Assembly: GCF_004010195.1 (NCBI RefSeq)
Contig: NC_057720.1
Location: 32,635,046 to 32,699,045 of the forward strand
Direction of reading: 5' to 3'
Length of the DNA: 64,000 bases
Source of the DNA: Chiloscyllium plagiosum
Lineage: Eukaryota
Below, piece by piece: positions 1-10,895 of this stretch. The notes beneath the pieces are model-generated. The model worked only from the letters and a program-made list of their open reading frames with translations, did not search any database and was not told the DNA's origin. Position 1 is the first letter of the stretch; every line of letters begins with the position of its first letter. The translations under genes were made by a program, and so were the position numbers.

Positions 1-96
1 GATTCTCCTGTTCCCTGGATGCTGCCTGACCTGCTGCGCTTTTCCAGCAACACATTTTCAGCTCTGATCTCCAGCATCTGCAGACCTCACTTTCTC
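1..96 (+). mobile_element. Penelope-derived mini-element, family A (3' part, cut by window edge)
   Basis: ggatgctgcctgacctgctgcgcttttccagc...ccagcatctgcagacctcactttctc; same family as 8557-8779 and 9161-9290. Confidence 0.8.
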
Positions 97-539
97 CTCA
101 AAGATTACTCTATCATAATTCTGCAAGCTCACTTATCTACATTAATGTATTTAATACTGCTGACTGTAAGTATATCTCTCTAAAACAGATTAGTCTACCC
201 TTTCTTCACATTCTCTTTCATGTTTCTGATGTCACTGTTATATACATCACCATCTCCTTTTCATATCCATTTTAACTATGTTACAGTAAAAGCGAGAGTT
301 GATTGGGGAATACATCATTTTCTATAAGGACAACTTGTGTCCATCACAATGACAACACAAATCACCACCAGCCCTCTGCTTGCCCTGAACATGTTGATGT
401 GCATTCATAGGAATAGTGGCATGGACGAGCAATGATTGCAAAGAAGCTTCCTCTCATGACTGTGCCTCCAATGTGGTATTGCATATGATGCAACAAAAAT
501 TATTTTATATCCTGATATATAAGCAAGGGATGGATATGT

Positions 540-775
540 GGAACGAAAACAGAAATTGCTTGAGAAACTCGACAAGCCTGGCAGCATCTATGGAGGTAAA
601 GCGGAATTAATGTTTTGAGTCCAGTGACCTTTCTTTTGATGTTCTGAAGAAGTGTCACTGGACCCAAAACATGACCTCTGCTTTCTCTCCATACAAGATT
701 ATGGACTTGTTATATTTCTCCAGGAATTTTTGTTTATGTTTCAGATCTTCAGCATTGACAGGTCTTCGCTTTGTT
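540..775. mobile_element. Palindromic Penelope-derived mini-element, family B
   Basis: Inverted arms around ~640. Degenerate hammerhead ctgaagaagtgtcactggacccaaaac. Imperfect TSD aagggatggatat (525-537) / aagggtggatat (776-787). Confidence 0.7.
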
Positions 776-877
776 AAGGGTGGATATCATGGTATTGACA
801 AATCCAACAGATATTAATTACAACTATTATATAGAAGCATACAAATATTAAATGCATTATATTACATTCCTCAAGCA

Positions 878-1169
878 TATAGAGTCCCATACAGTCATAG
901 AGATGTACAGCACGGAAACAGATCCTTTGGTTCAACTTGACCATGCCAACCAGACATCCGAACCTAATCCCATCCTATTTGTCAGCACTTGGCCCATATC
1001 CCTGAAAACCCTTCCGATTCATATACCCATACAGATGCTTCTTAAGTGTTGTAATTGTACCAATCTCCACCACTTCCTCTGGCAGCTCATTCCACATATG
1101 CACCACCCTCTGCATGAAAAAGTTGCCCTTTCGGTCCCTTTTAAATTTTTCCCCTCTCACCCTAAACTG
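878..1169 (-). mobile_element. CR1/HER1 LINE 3' fragment
   Basis: Minus ORF RGEKFKRDRKGNFFMQRVVHMWNELPEEVVE is the CR1 ORF2 C-terminus; (ctatga)-type tail. Confidence 0.9.
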
Positions 1170-1265
1170 ATAAATGTCTGAACTAATGCTAAGCTATTAA
1201 AGGATCATGCTTTTTGTAGTGTAATTCTTCAAGTGATCTGAGATAAGATGGAGTCCAAGATATTT

Positions 1266-1403
1266 ACTGCAATGGAGAGCCAGAATCGCACTCAAATTGG
1301 AAGAGGTTTTGTTCTCATTAGCTTGGTGGATGTTAATGATAATGCTCCAGAATTCCCAATGGACTATGAAACATTTGTATGTGAGTATTCCAACCATGGT
1401 AAG
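1266..1403 (+). CDS. CDH7: Type II cadherin (cadherin-7-like) coding segment, EC4/EC5 boundary; isolated exon or pseudo-exon
   Basis: Translates TAMESQNRTQIGRGFVLISLVDVNDNAPEFPMDYETFVCEYSNHGK, with the cadherin DxNDNxPxF Ca-binding motif. Closely resembles CDH7 (AMESQNPSQVGRGYVAITILDINDNAPEFAMDYETTVCE, from memory). Donor AAG|GTAAGG at 1403/1404 is at the conserved position. No AG acceptor at the expected position (1280-1281 = CC). Paralog identity is less certain than the family call. Confidence 0.75.
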
Positions 1404-1621
1404 GTAAGGAACTGCCCCACATTACATTGATATAACATTCACTCTGTTCAGGGAATGTGTTTCCATAGCTATATATCTGCATCGTTTCATTCAGCTTGAT
1501 GTTAACTCCATTCATTTATTCATGCACTCTCACCTTTGAATCAATACTTGCTGGTTCAATTCCCACTCCAGGATTTCAGTATGTAACAAGTTGGTGAGAG
1601 AGGAGTTGCTTCTGAGTATGG

Positions 1622-1808
1622 AGGAGTCAGTTCACGGGATAGTTGGTTTGAAATGCCAACAGAGTGGGTTCAATTCCCATGGCAGCTGAGGTTCTCTAAC
1701 TGAGGTCCTCCTTCTCTATCTCTCCTCATCCCTTAGGCCAATTGACCTTCAGGTTAAACCATCACCAGTTGTCTCTCTCTAATGAAAGAACAGCCCTATG
1801 GTTCACTA
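1622..1808 (+). mobile_element. Short tRNA-derived SINE (second copy at 49448-49625)
   Basis: B-box-like gggttcaattccc; body ctgagg...ccttctc...gaccttcaggttaaaccatcaccag is shared with the 49.5 kb copy. Confidence 0.55.
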
Positions 1809-2453
1809 GCGCAGGTCGATAGGATAGTGAAGAAGGCGTTTGGTATGCTTTCCTCTGTTGGTCAGAGTATTGAGTACAGGAGTTGGAATATCATGTTCAG
1901 GACATTGGTTAGGCCACTTTTGGAATATTATGTGCAGTTCTGATCTCCTTCCTTTCAGAAGGATGTTGTGAAATTTGAAAGGGTTCAGAAAAGATTTACA
2001 AGGATGTTGCCAGGGTTGGAGGGTTTGAGCTATAGGGAGAGGTTGAATAGGCTAGGGCAGTTTTTCATTAGAGGCTGAGGGGTGACCTGATGGAGGTTTA
2101 TAAAATCATGAGGGGCATGAATAAGGTAAATAAACAAGGTCTTTTCCCTGGGATGAGGGAGTCCAGAACTAGAGGGTATAAGTTTAGGGTGAGAGGGTAA
2201 AGATGTAAAAGAAACCTAAGCAGCAACTTTTTCATGCAGAGGGTGGTGTGTGTGTGGAATGGGCTCCGAGAGAAAGTGGTGGAGGCTGGGACAATTACGA
2301 CATTTAATAGGCACCCAGGTGTGTATATGAATAGGAAAGGTTTGGAGGCATATGGGCTGGGTGCTAGCAGGTGGGACTAGATTGGGTTGGGATATCTGGT
2401 TGGCATGGACGAATTGGACCGAAGGGTCTGTTTCCATGCTGTACATCTCTGTG
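1809..2453 (+). mobile_element. CR1/HER1 LINE 3' fragment
   Basis: Decayed RT C-terminus (LERVQKRFTRMLPG) and 3' tail ggaccgaagggtctgtttccatgctgtacatctct. Confidence 0.9.
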
Positions 2454-2629
2454 ATATCCTCAGAATGTATGTCATGATATAGTGATGATGTAATCGGTGT
2501 ATCTCTTAAAAGGTATGCTGACATAACATAGTATTCCCTACCTCATCATCTTACGCATTAAGAAGATAGATGTAAAGGAAAGAACAAAAGTTGGATGAAA
2601 CAAGAAACAAGAAAGTTTTAGAGAAAGTT

Positions 2630-2762
2630 GCCGAAGGGAAGAGTCAACTGAGCTGGAAATGATCACTGTTTCTTTCTCCACAAATACTGGTGGGTCAAAT
2701 GAGTTTCTACAGCACCTTCTGTTTTTGTTTCAGAACTCTAGCATCTGCAGTGTTTTGCTTTT
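2630..2762 (+). mobile_element. Penelope-derived mini-element, family B (degenerate)
   Basis: tctctccacaaatactg...gtttttgtttcagaactctagcatctgcagtgttttgcttt matches the family B arm. Confidence 0.55.
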
Positions 2763-3976
2763 GGTTTAGAAACATGGATAAATTGGATGTGTAGACTGCA
2801 CTTTACAAGAACTGTAGAGAGCAAGAGGTGAGAGAACAGTGAAGGCAGAGTTTGAGAAAATAACAATTTTACATTTGCTCTTGCATTAATTTTCCTCACC
2901 AGCCAACGTGTCACAGTTAAGAGAATGTTTGAAACAGGCTGTACCAGGAACTAAGCCTCACCAATTACAGTGAAAACATCACTTTAAACACCGGGATGCA
3001 GTGCTGCACGACAAGTTTTCTGGCGCCTGTGACTGTGTTGAGAAATACTTGGCAGCCATTTATTTTCAGTGTATGACATGGAGTTTTTTTTTAATGGGTA
3101 GGTTACCCTCTTCCCACACACAGCGAAGTGACTCTCCAACTTCAAGACAAGTGATCACTGTTTGTCACATAATTTGACCCAACAAACAGGTCTTTGAGTG
3201 ACATGCTTTGACATTCTTTCAAAGCAGATGGTTTAATCTAGGTGGTACGATCTTTTTAAGGAGCCAGCTTGCAGTCTCAAACATTCGCTTCTTAACAAAA
3301 GTGAGGGAGAGACAACAAAAGGACTGACACTTGATCTCCAGTCATTACTACTTGGGTGGTCGGGTTGAAGGACTATTATTATGCTTGGAAGAATGGAGCC
3401 TGATTACAGACAATGAACTGATTTTGCCTGTGGGTAATTATTTTTTTCTCTCTCTCATTTCGCTCCTTATTTCCTTCCTGCTTTGTTTCTACACTTATTG
3501 TGATGTGTGACAAAGGTTGGGTTTGACGCATTCACTTGCTTTGCCATCCAGAGTGGATTTTTCTAAATGGTGATTAGCATTTGGGGACTGCAGTAGGACA
3601 GTGAGAGGCCTACATAGGTTTTGCACAGAACTTAACACATCACCTGGCCGCCAGCAGCTGCCAGCTTTTCTTGTGCACACTTAATTATAAAAAGCTGTTG
3701 AAACACTCAAATTGGGATCCATGGATATTTAGTTTTACACCACAGAAATCGTCAGAATTAACCATTTTTTAAAGCTGGGGTCAAAATCATCTGACTGAAA
3801 GAAATTATATAATTGTTAATGCTTCATCGGCCATTAAGTATCTCAGACATGTTCAAACGTTCCAGGTACTGTTTGGGAAATATATATTGCTCACATTACC
3901 TTGAGGGGTGTTCTCATAGTACAACATGTCCGGTACATTACCCTCAAGTCAAGGAATCAACCCTAGTTCAATTAAG

Positions 3977-4187
3977 TTAAAAATCACACAACACCAGGTT
4001 ATAATCCAACAGGTTTATTTGGAAGCACTAGCCTTCGGAGCGCTGCTCCGTCATCAGGTGGTTGTCGAAAGGAGCTGCACTCTGAAAGCCACTGCTTCCA
4101 ATTAAATATGTTGGACTATAACTTGGTGTTGTGTGATTTTTAACTTTGTACACCCCAGTCCAACACCAGCACCTCCAAATCATGACC
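3977..4187. mobile_element. Palindromic Penelope-derived mini-element, family C
   Basis: Inverted arms aaaatcacacaacaccaggttata / tataacttggtgttgtgtgattttt. Minus-strand hammerhead-like core at ~4026-4060. Perfect 12-bp TSD agttcaattaag (3965-3976 / 4188-4199). Confidence 0.85.
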
Positions 4188-5022
4188 AGTTCAATTAAGA
4201 ATGCAAGGGAGCATATCAGGATAGCACCAGCCATACATACAAATGAGGCATAACCTGGTGAAGCATAAACGGGACTAATTACATGTCCAAGATTGGATGT
4301 AGCATGTGATAGACAAAGCTAATTATCCCACAAACAATTAAACAGATCTATTGAAGCTCAAAGACCTATTGAATCCAGTTGCGCGGGGTGTTGAACAATT
4401 GAATGACTAACCAGAGGAGGAAGCTCCACAAACATTTCCATCTTTCATAATGGGACAACTCAACACATCAGTGCAAAAGGCAAGTCTGAAGTACTTACAA
4501 CCATCTTCATCGAGAAGTGTCANNNNNNNNNNNNNNNNNNNNNNNNNNNNNNNNNNNNNNNNNNNNNNNNNNNNNNNNNNNNNNNNNNNNNNNNNNNNNN
4601 NNNNNNNNNNNNNNNNNNNNNNNNNNNNNNNNNNNNNNNNNNNNNNNNNNNNNNNNNNNNNNNNNNNNNNNNNNNNNNNNNNNNNNNNNNNNNNNNNNNN
4701 NNNNNNNNNNNNNNNNNNNNNNNNNNNNNNNNNNNNNNNNNNNNNNNNNNNNNNNNNNNNNNNNNNNNNNNNNNNNNNNNNNNNNNNNNNNNNNNNNNNN
4801 NNNNNNNNNNNNNNNNNNNNNNNNNNNNNNNNNNNNNNNNNNNNNNNNNNNNNNNNNNNNNNNNNNNNNNNNNNNNNNNNNNNNNNNNNNNNNNNNNNNN
4901 NNNNNNNNNNNNNNNNNNNNNNNNNNNNNNNNNNNNNNNNNNNNNNNNNNNNNNNNNNNNNNNNNNNNNNNNNNNNNNNNNNNNNNNNNNNNNNNNNNNN
5001 NNNNNNNNNNNNNNNNNNNNNN

Positions 5023-5389
5023 CCATCTGCCACTACTCAGCCCATTGGCCCATCTGATCAAGATTCTGTTGTACTCTCAGGTAACCGCTGCTGAGTACAC
5101 CTCTAATCTGCAAATTAACTATACCTCCTGTGTTCATGTCCAAATCATTTATATAAATGATGAAAAGCAGTGGACCCAACACCAATCCTTATGGCACACC
5201 ACTGGTCACAGACCTTTAGTCGGAAAAACAGCCCTCCACCACCACTCTCTGTCTTCCACCTTCAAGCTAGATCTGTATCCAAATAGCTAGTTCTCCCTGT
5301 ATTCCATGAGATCTTACCCTGCTAATCAGTCTACCATGAGGAACCTTGTTGAATGTCTTACTGATAGATCACATCCACGGCTCTGCCCT
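5023..5389 (-). mobile_element. CR1/HER1 LINE internal RT fragment next to gap
   Basis: Matches the CR1 RT region seen in the 16408-17897 copy. Confidence 0.8.
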
Positions 5390-5759
5390 ACACTTGATCA
5401 ACATTAAAGTGATTGAAGAGGTTGTGCTCACAAGTAATTTTTTCCCAATAATAATCTGCTCACTGATGCCAGTTCCACAAAGGCCACTCACTGTCTAGTC
5501 TCATTACAGCATTGTTCCAAACATGTACAAAAACACTTGAACTTAGAAGTGAGGGAGAGTGACTGTCCTTGACATCAAGGCAGTATTTGACTGAGTGAGA
5601 CAGTAAGGAGCCCTTGCAAAAATAGGAGCAAATGGGCATCAGGAGCAAAATGTTCCACTGGTTGGAGTCAAAACACTGGAAGATGGTTGTGGTTGTTGGA
5701 AGCTAATTATCTTGCTCATAGGGCATTAATGCAGGAGTTCCTCAGGTACTATTTCAGGG

Positions 5760-5850
5760 TAGATATTTTCTAATCAACCTGTTCAGAGATGTTATTGCAC
5801 ACCTCTGGAGCAGGAGAGACTTGAACTTATGTCTCCTGGCTCAAAGGTCA
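5760..5850 (-). mobile_element. Short tRNA-derived SINE, interrupted by Penelope (head continues at 7433-7460)
   Basis: Reverse complement resembles 46940-47165 (ttcaagtcccac...cataacatgtctgaccaggttgatt). Confidence 0.55.
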
Positions 5851-7432
5851 TATTCAACGTTTGTGAGAAGATTTGTAGCTCGGGTGCTCGTTGCTGTGGT
5901 TCTGTTCGCCGAGCTGGAAGTTTTTGTTGCAAACGTTTCGTCCCCTGTCGAGGTGACATCCTCAGTGCTTGGGAGCCTCCTGTAAAGCGCTTCTGTGGTG
6001 TTTCCTCCGGCATTTATAGTGGCCTGTCCCTGCCGCTCCCGGTTGTCAGTTTCAGCTGTCCGCTGCAGTGGCCNNNNNNNNNNNNNNNNNNNNNNNNNNN
6101 NNNNNNNNNNNNNNNNNNNNNNNNNNNNNNNNNNNNNNNNNNNNNNNNNNNNNNNNNNNNNNNNNNNNNNNNNNNNNNNNNNNNNNNNNNNNNNNNNNNN
6201 NNNNNNNNNNNNNNNNNNNNNNNNNNNNNNNNNNNNNNNNNNNNNNNNNNNNNNNNNNNNNNNNNNNNNNNNNNNNNNNNNNNNNNNNNNNNNNNNNNNN
6301 NNNNNNNNNNNNNNNNNNNNNNNNNNNNNNNNNNNNNNNNNNNNNNNNNNNNNNNNNNNNNNNNNNNNNNNNNNNNNNNNNNNNNNNNNNNNNNNNNNNN
6401 NNNNNNNNNNNNNNNNNNNNNNNNNNNNNNNNNNNNNNNNNNNNNNNNNNNNNNNNNNNNNNNNNNNNNNNNNNNNNNNNNNNNNNNNNNNNNNNNNNNN
6501 NNNNNNNNNNNNNNNNNNNNNNNNNNNNNNNNNNNNNNNNNNNNNNNNNNNNNNNNNNNNNNNNNNNNNNNNNNNNNNNNNNNNNNNNNNNNNNNNNNNN
6601 NNNNNNNNNNNNNNNNNNNNNNNNNNNNNNNNNNNNNNNNNNNNNNNNNNNNNNNNNNNNNNNNNNNNNNNNNNNNNNNNNNNNNNNNNNNNNNNNNNNN
6701 NNNNNNNNNNNNNNNNNNNNNNNNNNNNNNNNNNNNNNNNNNNNNNNNNNNNNNNNNNNNNNNNNNNNNNNNNNNNNNNNNNNNNNNNNNNNNNNNNNNN
6801 NNNNNNNNNNNNNNNNNNNNNNNNNNNNNNNNNNNNNNNNNNNNNNNNNNNNNNNNNNNNNNNNNNNNNNNNNNNNNNNNNNNNNNNNNNNNACCTTGCT
6901 AATCAGTCTCCCATGGGGAACTTTGCCGAATGCCTTACTGAAGTCCATATAGATCACATCTACTGCTCTGCCCTCATCAATCTTCTTTGTTATTCAAAGT
7001 TTGTGAGAAGATTTGTGCTCGTTGCTGTGGTTCTGTTCGCCTAGCTGGAAGTTTTTGTTGCAAACGTTTCTTCCCCTGTCTAGGTGACATCCTCAGTGCT
7101 TGGGATCCTCCTGTGAAGCGCTTCTGTGGTGTTTCTGGGACAACACTACCATTATAGGGCAAGTGAAACAAAGAACAGCCAGGGAATTCCTAGAAGCATG
7201 GCACTCATCCACAAACTCCATCAACAAACACATCGACCTGGACCCAATATACCGGCCACTACAGCGGACAGCTGAAACTGACAACCGGAAGCGGCAGGGA
7301 CAGGCCACTATAAATGCCGGAGGAAACATCACAGAAGCGCTTCACAGGAGGCTCCCAAGCACTGAGGATGTCACCTAGACAGGGGACGAAACGTTTGCAA
7401 CAAAAACTTCCAGCTCGGTGAACAGAACCACA
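5851..7432 (+). mobile_element. Penelope-like element (family D): 3' end with GIY-YIG C-terminus and inverted pLTR copies
   Basis: ORF 7100-7378 contains WDNTTIIGQVKQRTAREFLEAWHSSTNSINKHIDLDPIY, a Penelope endonuclease tail. 5851-6073 and 6991-7131 contain inverted copies of 7255-7432 sequence. Flanked by tcaaaggt repeats (5841-5848 / 7433-7440). Confidence 0.85.
7359..7398 (+). ncRNA. Minimal type I hammerhead ribozyme motif (Penelope family D pLTR)
   Basis: GCA-CUGAGGA-U-GUCACCU-AGAC-AGGGGAC-GAAA-CGUU-UGC: conserved core, stem I GCA/UGC, stem II hairpin, palindromic ACGU stem III. Confidence 0.75.
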
Positions 7433-7460
7433 TCAAAGGTTAAATCTCTACCATTGCATC

Positions 7461-8070
7461 AGGTCATCAGGAAGACCAATGGAACGTTGGCCAAGGGGGT
7501 TGGACTTCACAAGTAGGGAAGTTTTATTGCAACTCACAAGGTACTGGTGAGACCACATCTGAAGTACTGTAAGCAGTTTCGGTCCATCTATTTAAGGAAA
7601 GATATCATTTAATGAGAGGTGCTCAGAGAAGATTGACTAAGATGATCCCTGGAATGAAGGGATTGCCTTATGAGAAAAGGTAGGAGTTCTACTAGAAGAA
7701 TGAGATGTGATCTCATTGAAGGGGCTTAACAGAGTAAATGCTGAGAGGATGCTTCTCTTCATGGGAGAGTCTAGGACGAGAGGGCAGAGTCTCAGAATAA
7801 ACAGTTGCCAATTTAAAATTGAAATGAGAAGAAATTTCTTGACTCAGAGGGTTGCCAGGTTTTGGAATGCCTTGACACAGATGGTGCCCAGGACAGAGTC
7901 CTTGTGTATATTTAAAGCTGAGATAGCTGAGATAGATGGATTCATGACCATTAGGGAATCAACGGTGACTGGAAAAGTGAGGAAAGTGGAACAGAGGAAT
8001 GTTGGATCAACAATGATCCTACTGGACAATGGAGTGAGCTTGAGGGACTTAACAGCCTATTTCTTATGGT
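7461..8070 (+). mobile_element. CR1 LINE 3' fragment (older subfamily)
   Basis: ORF 7707-8165 GESRTRGQSLRI...RRNFLTQRVARFWNAL is the CR1 ORF2 end. Confidence 0.8.
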
Positions 8071-8556
8071 CTTGTCTCAGGGTAATTTTCTGGGCCCAAC
8101 AATCTTCAACTGCCTTATCAATGACCTTCCTTCATCATAACATCAGCAATGGGGACGTTTGTTGATGCTTCTACAATGTTTAGCGCTATATTTGCAACTT
8201 CTCAGATACTAGAGCAGTCCATGTCCATATGCAGCAAGAGCTGGACAACATTCAGGCTCAAGATGACTAGTGACAAGGAACATTCATACTATACGTGTGC
8301 CAGTCAATGACCATCTCCAATAACAGACAATCAAACCTAGTCCCCTTGTCAATCAATAACATTACCATTACCGAATACTCCATCACATACATTCTGGAGT
8401 TACTATTGACCATAAACTGATCTTTGGTTACAACAGCAAGTTAGAGAATAGGAATTCTATAGCAAATTCCTCATCTCCACAAACTCTATCTACCTTCTAC
8501 AAAGCGTAAGTCAGGAGTGCAATGGATTATTCTCCACTTGCCTGGATGAGTGCAGA

Positions 8557-8779
8557 GTTGAAAAGTGTGGCACTGGAAAAGCACAGCAGGACAGGAAACA
8601 TCCAAAGAGCAGGAGAGTCAACATTTCAGGCATAAACCCTTTATCAAGAATTCCTGATGAAGAGCTTACGCCTGAAGCATCGACTCTCCTGCTCCTCGGA
8701 TACTGCCTGACCGGCTGTGCTTTTCCAGCACCACACTTCTTCGACTCTGACTCTCCAGTATCTGCAGTGCTCACTTTTT
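8557..8779. mobile_element. Palindromic Penelope-derived mini-element, family A
   Basis: Inverted arms centred ~8650; ctgatgaagagcttacgcctgaagc. TSD cctggatga(g/c)tgcaga (8541-8556 / 8780-8795). Confidence 0.85.
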
Positions 8780-9160
8780 CCTGGATGACTGCAGATCCAA
8801 CAACACTCAAGAGGCTCAACACCATTCAGGACAAGGCAGTGAGATCAGTAACCCATCCACCAACTTAAATGTCCCCTCCGTCCATGATTGGTGCACAGCA
8901 ACAGCGCACTGTATGATTTGCAAGATACACTGCAGCAACTCATCAAAGCTCCTTCAATACCACTTTCCACATCCTGGATTATTACCTCTTGGAAGGACAA
9001 AGGTAGCAGACACAATGAAACACCATCTCTTGCAATTTCTTCTCCAAGAATTATATGGTTTTGATTTGGAATTATATTGGCATTCCTTTACCGCTATTAG
9101 ATCAAAATCTTGGTACTCTCTTCCTAACAGCAGCGTGGGTGTACACTGCGGGTATACCCT

Positions 9161-9290
9161 TCATTCCTGACGAAGGGCTTATGCTCGAAATGTCGACTCT
9201 CCTGCTCCTCAGATGCTGCCTGACCTGCTGTGCTTTTCCAGCGCCACACTCTCGACTCTGATCTCCAGCATCTGCAGTCCTCACTTTCTC
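9161..9290 (+). mobile_element. Penelope-derived mini-element, family A, with hammerhead core
   Basis: ctgacgaagggcttatgctcgaaatgtcga at 9167-9196; TSD ctg(c/t)gggtatacc (9146-9158 / 9291-9303). Confidence 0.85.
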
Positions 9291-10475
9291 CTGTGGGTAT
9301 ACCTACATCAGCCCGACTGTTGCAGTCTAAGATGGTGGCTCACCACTGCCTTCGCAATAGCAGTCAGGCATGGCCAAAACATTCTGGGCTGGACAACAAA
9401 ACCCACATCATATGAAATAATTTTTTTTAAAATGCCAGATATTTAAGTACATTTGAACTATTACTAGAAAATATCTGAGCTCAGATGTACCTTTCAGCTT
9501 TGTGGCATTGATTGTAGCCTCCATTTTCTCTTTAAAAGGCTGTAGCTACTTTTCACCAATTTTCAGGCCAAGGTACACTATCTTAATTATGCAAAGGCGT
9601 GCCTACTGCTTTCCAACTTCACATTGTGGTTATTGAGTTTTTTTAACACTTCATCCAGCACTTAAAGATTCCCTTTCTCCATTGCTTTGTGATCAATGCA
9701 TCATTCTGATTAGATAAACTCGGTTTTCTACACATGTTACAGTTCCATATTATCTTAAGATTGGAATTACTTTCCCTGTCCAATTCAGAACATAAAATCA
9801 TGTCCTGGCACTCTATGCAGTGAATCATTGATAACACCAAGACTCCTATTTGTCCTATCCCCACAACCTCTAAGTACAAATTATAGATAGATTGTTATGC
9901 TATCAAAGAACAAGTGGGTCAATAAGAGAAAGAAAGAGATATAAATAAAATTGGAACAGGGAATGCACCATTTCAATTTCTGGATTAGTGGTGCTGGAAG
10001 AGCACAGCAGTTCAGGCAGCATCCAAGGAGCTTCGAAATCAGGTGCAAAATTGTTACACGGCATCTGAATTCCTTACAAGTTATTACTGATTATTATTCC
10101 AGTGATTTTAATATAAGTTAGATATTGATATAGTAGTCTTCAGCTTCATTTAATTTTCTTTTGTAAATTTTAGACACAATAATAGTGGCTGTCATGAGTC
10201 AAGCTAAAGCCAATAATGCCGCATAGCTTTGGGGAGGTGTACAAGGAACATTTCCAAACCCAAAATTATCCAGAGCTGAGGCCTTCAAAAATTTCAAATG
10301 AAGCAATTTGAGATGGATTTTGGCTTATTAAAAGCAAAATCAAAAAGTGTTGACCAGGCATTATCTGTGGAAAAAAACAAAAACGATTTGTTTCACAGAG
10401 ATTTAAGTGCATCGGAAATCAAAGCAAGAGAAAATTGTTGTGTTTGGAGGTATAGTCATATTGTAATGGTGTTAT

Positions 10476-10654
10476 CTGAAAAGTATGTTGCCGGAAGGCG
10501 CAGCAGGTCAGGCAGCAGCCGAGGAGCAGGAGAATCAATGTTTCAGGCATAAGCCCTTCATCCTGATGGAGGGCTTATGCCTGAAACGTCAATTCTCCTG
10601 CTCCTTGGATGCTGCCTGACCTGCTGTGCTTTTTAGCACCACACTTTTGACTCT
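10476..10654. mobile_element. Palindromic Penelope-derived mini-element, family A
   Basis: tttcaggcataagcccttcatc|ctgatggagggcttatgcctgaaacgtc, with the inversion centre at ~10562. Confidence 0.8.
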
Positions 10655-10669
10655 CATTTGTAAAGCAAG

Positions 10670-10895
10670 CATTCGTTGCCCAACCTTATTGCTCCTTTAA
10701 CTGTGTGGACATTGGTAGCTAAAAGTCAACAACATTACTGTGGGCTTTGATCTGGTACATGTCGGCTAGACCAAGTAAGGTTGGCAATTGAGCATTAATA
10801 ATAACCAGGCATTAATGATCCAGATGGATTTTCACAGTAGTCAATGGTAGATTCATATCCCCATTACCAATACTAGTTTTCACTTACAGATTTTA
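10670..10895 (-). mobile_element. tRNA-SINE family fragment (related to 44277-44625)
   Basis: Reverse complement of the ccatctgg...atgtcc / cttac.tggtct.gcc.acatg body and the caataa tail. Confidence 0.5.

Larger units (their letters stand above)
4200..9425 (+). mobile_element. Old CR1/L2-group LINE ORF2 and 3' UTR, fragmented (pieces ~4200-4522, 5440-5750, 8080-9425) by nested insertions and gaps
   Basis: Decayed RT motifs (RVTVLDIKAVFD near 5560; ADD-like region near 8155) in collinear order; ends in a cccacatc...A-rich tail near 9400-9425. Confidence 0.6.

Noticed and set aside
4407..7044. Long ORFs of 168-357 aa
   Set aside because: They only read through N gaps (X runs).
8511..9446. 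Recurrent peptides such as LLLRCCLTCCAFPAPHS in several ORFs
   Set aside because: Translations of the non-coding family A repeat, not a protein family.
10174..10449. Possible plus-strand exon (acceptor tttag at 10173, GT at 10450; ORF 10298-10552)
   Set aside because: Stops in all three frames after the acceptor, no recognisable protein, and the ORF ends in a repeat.
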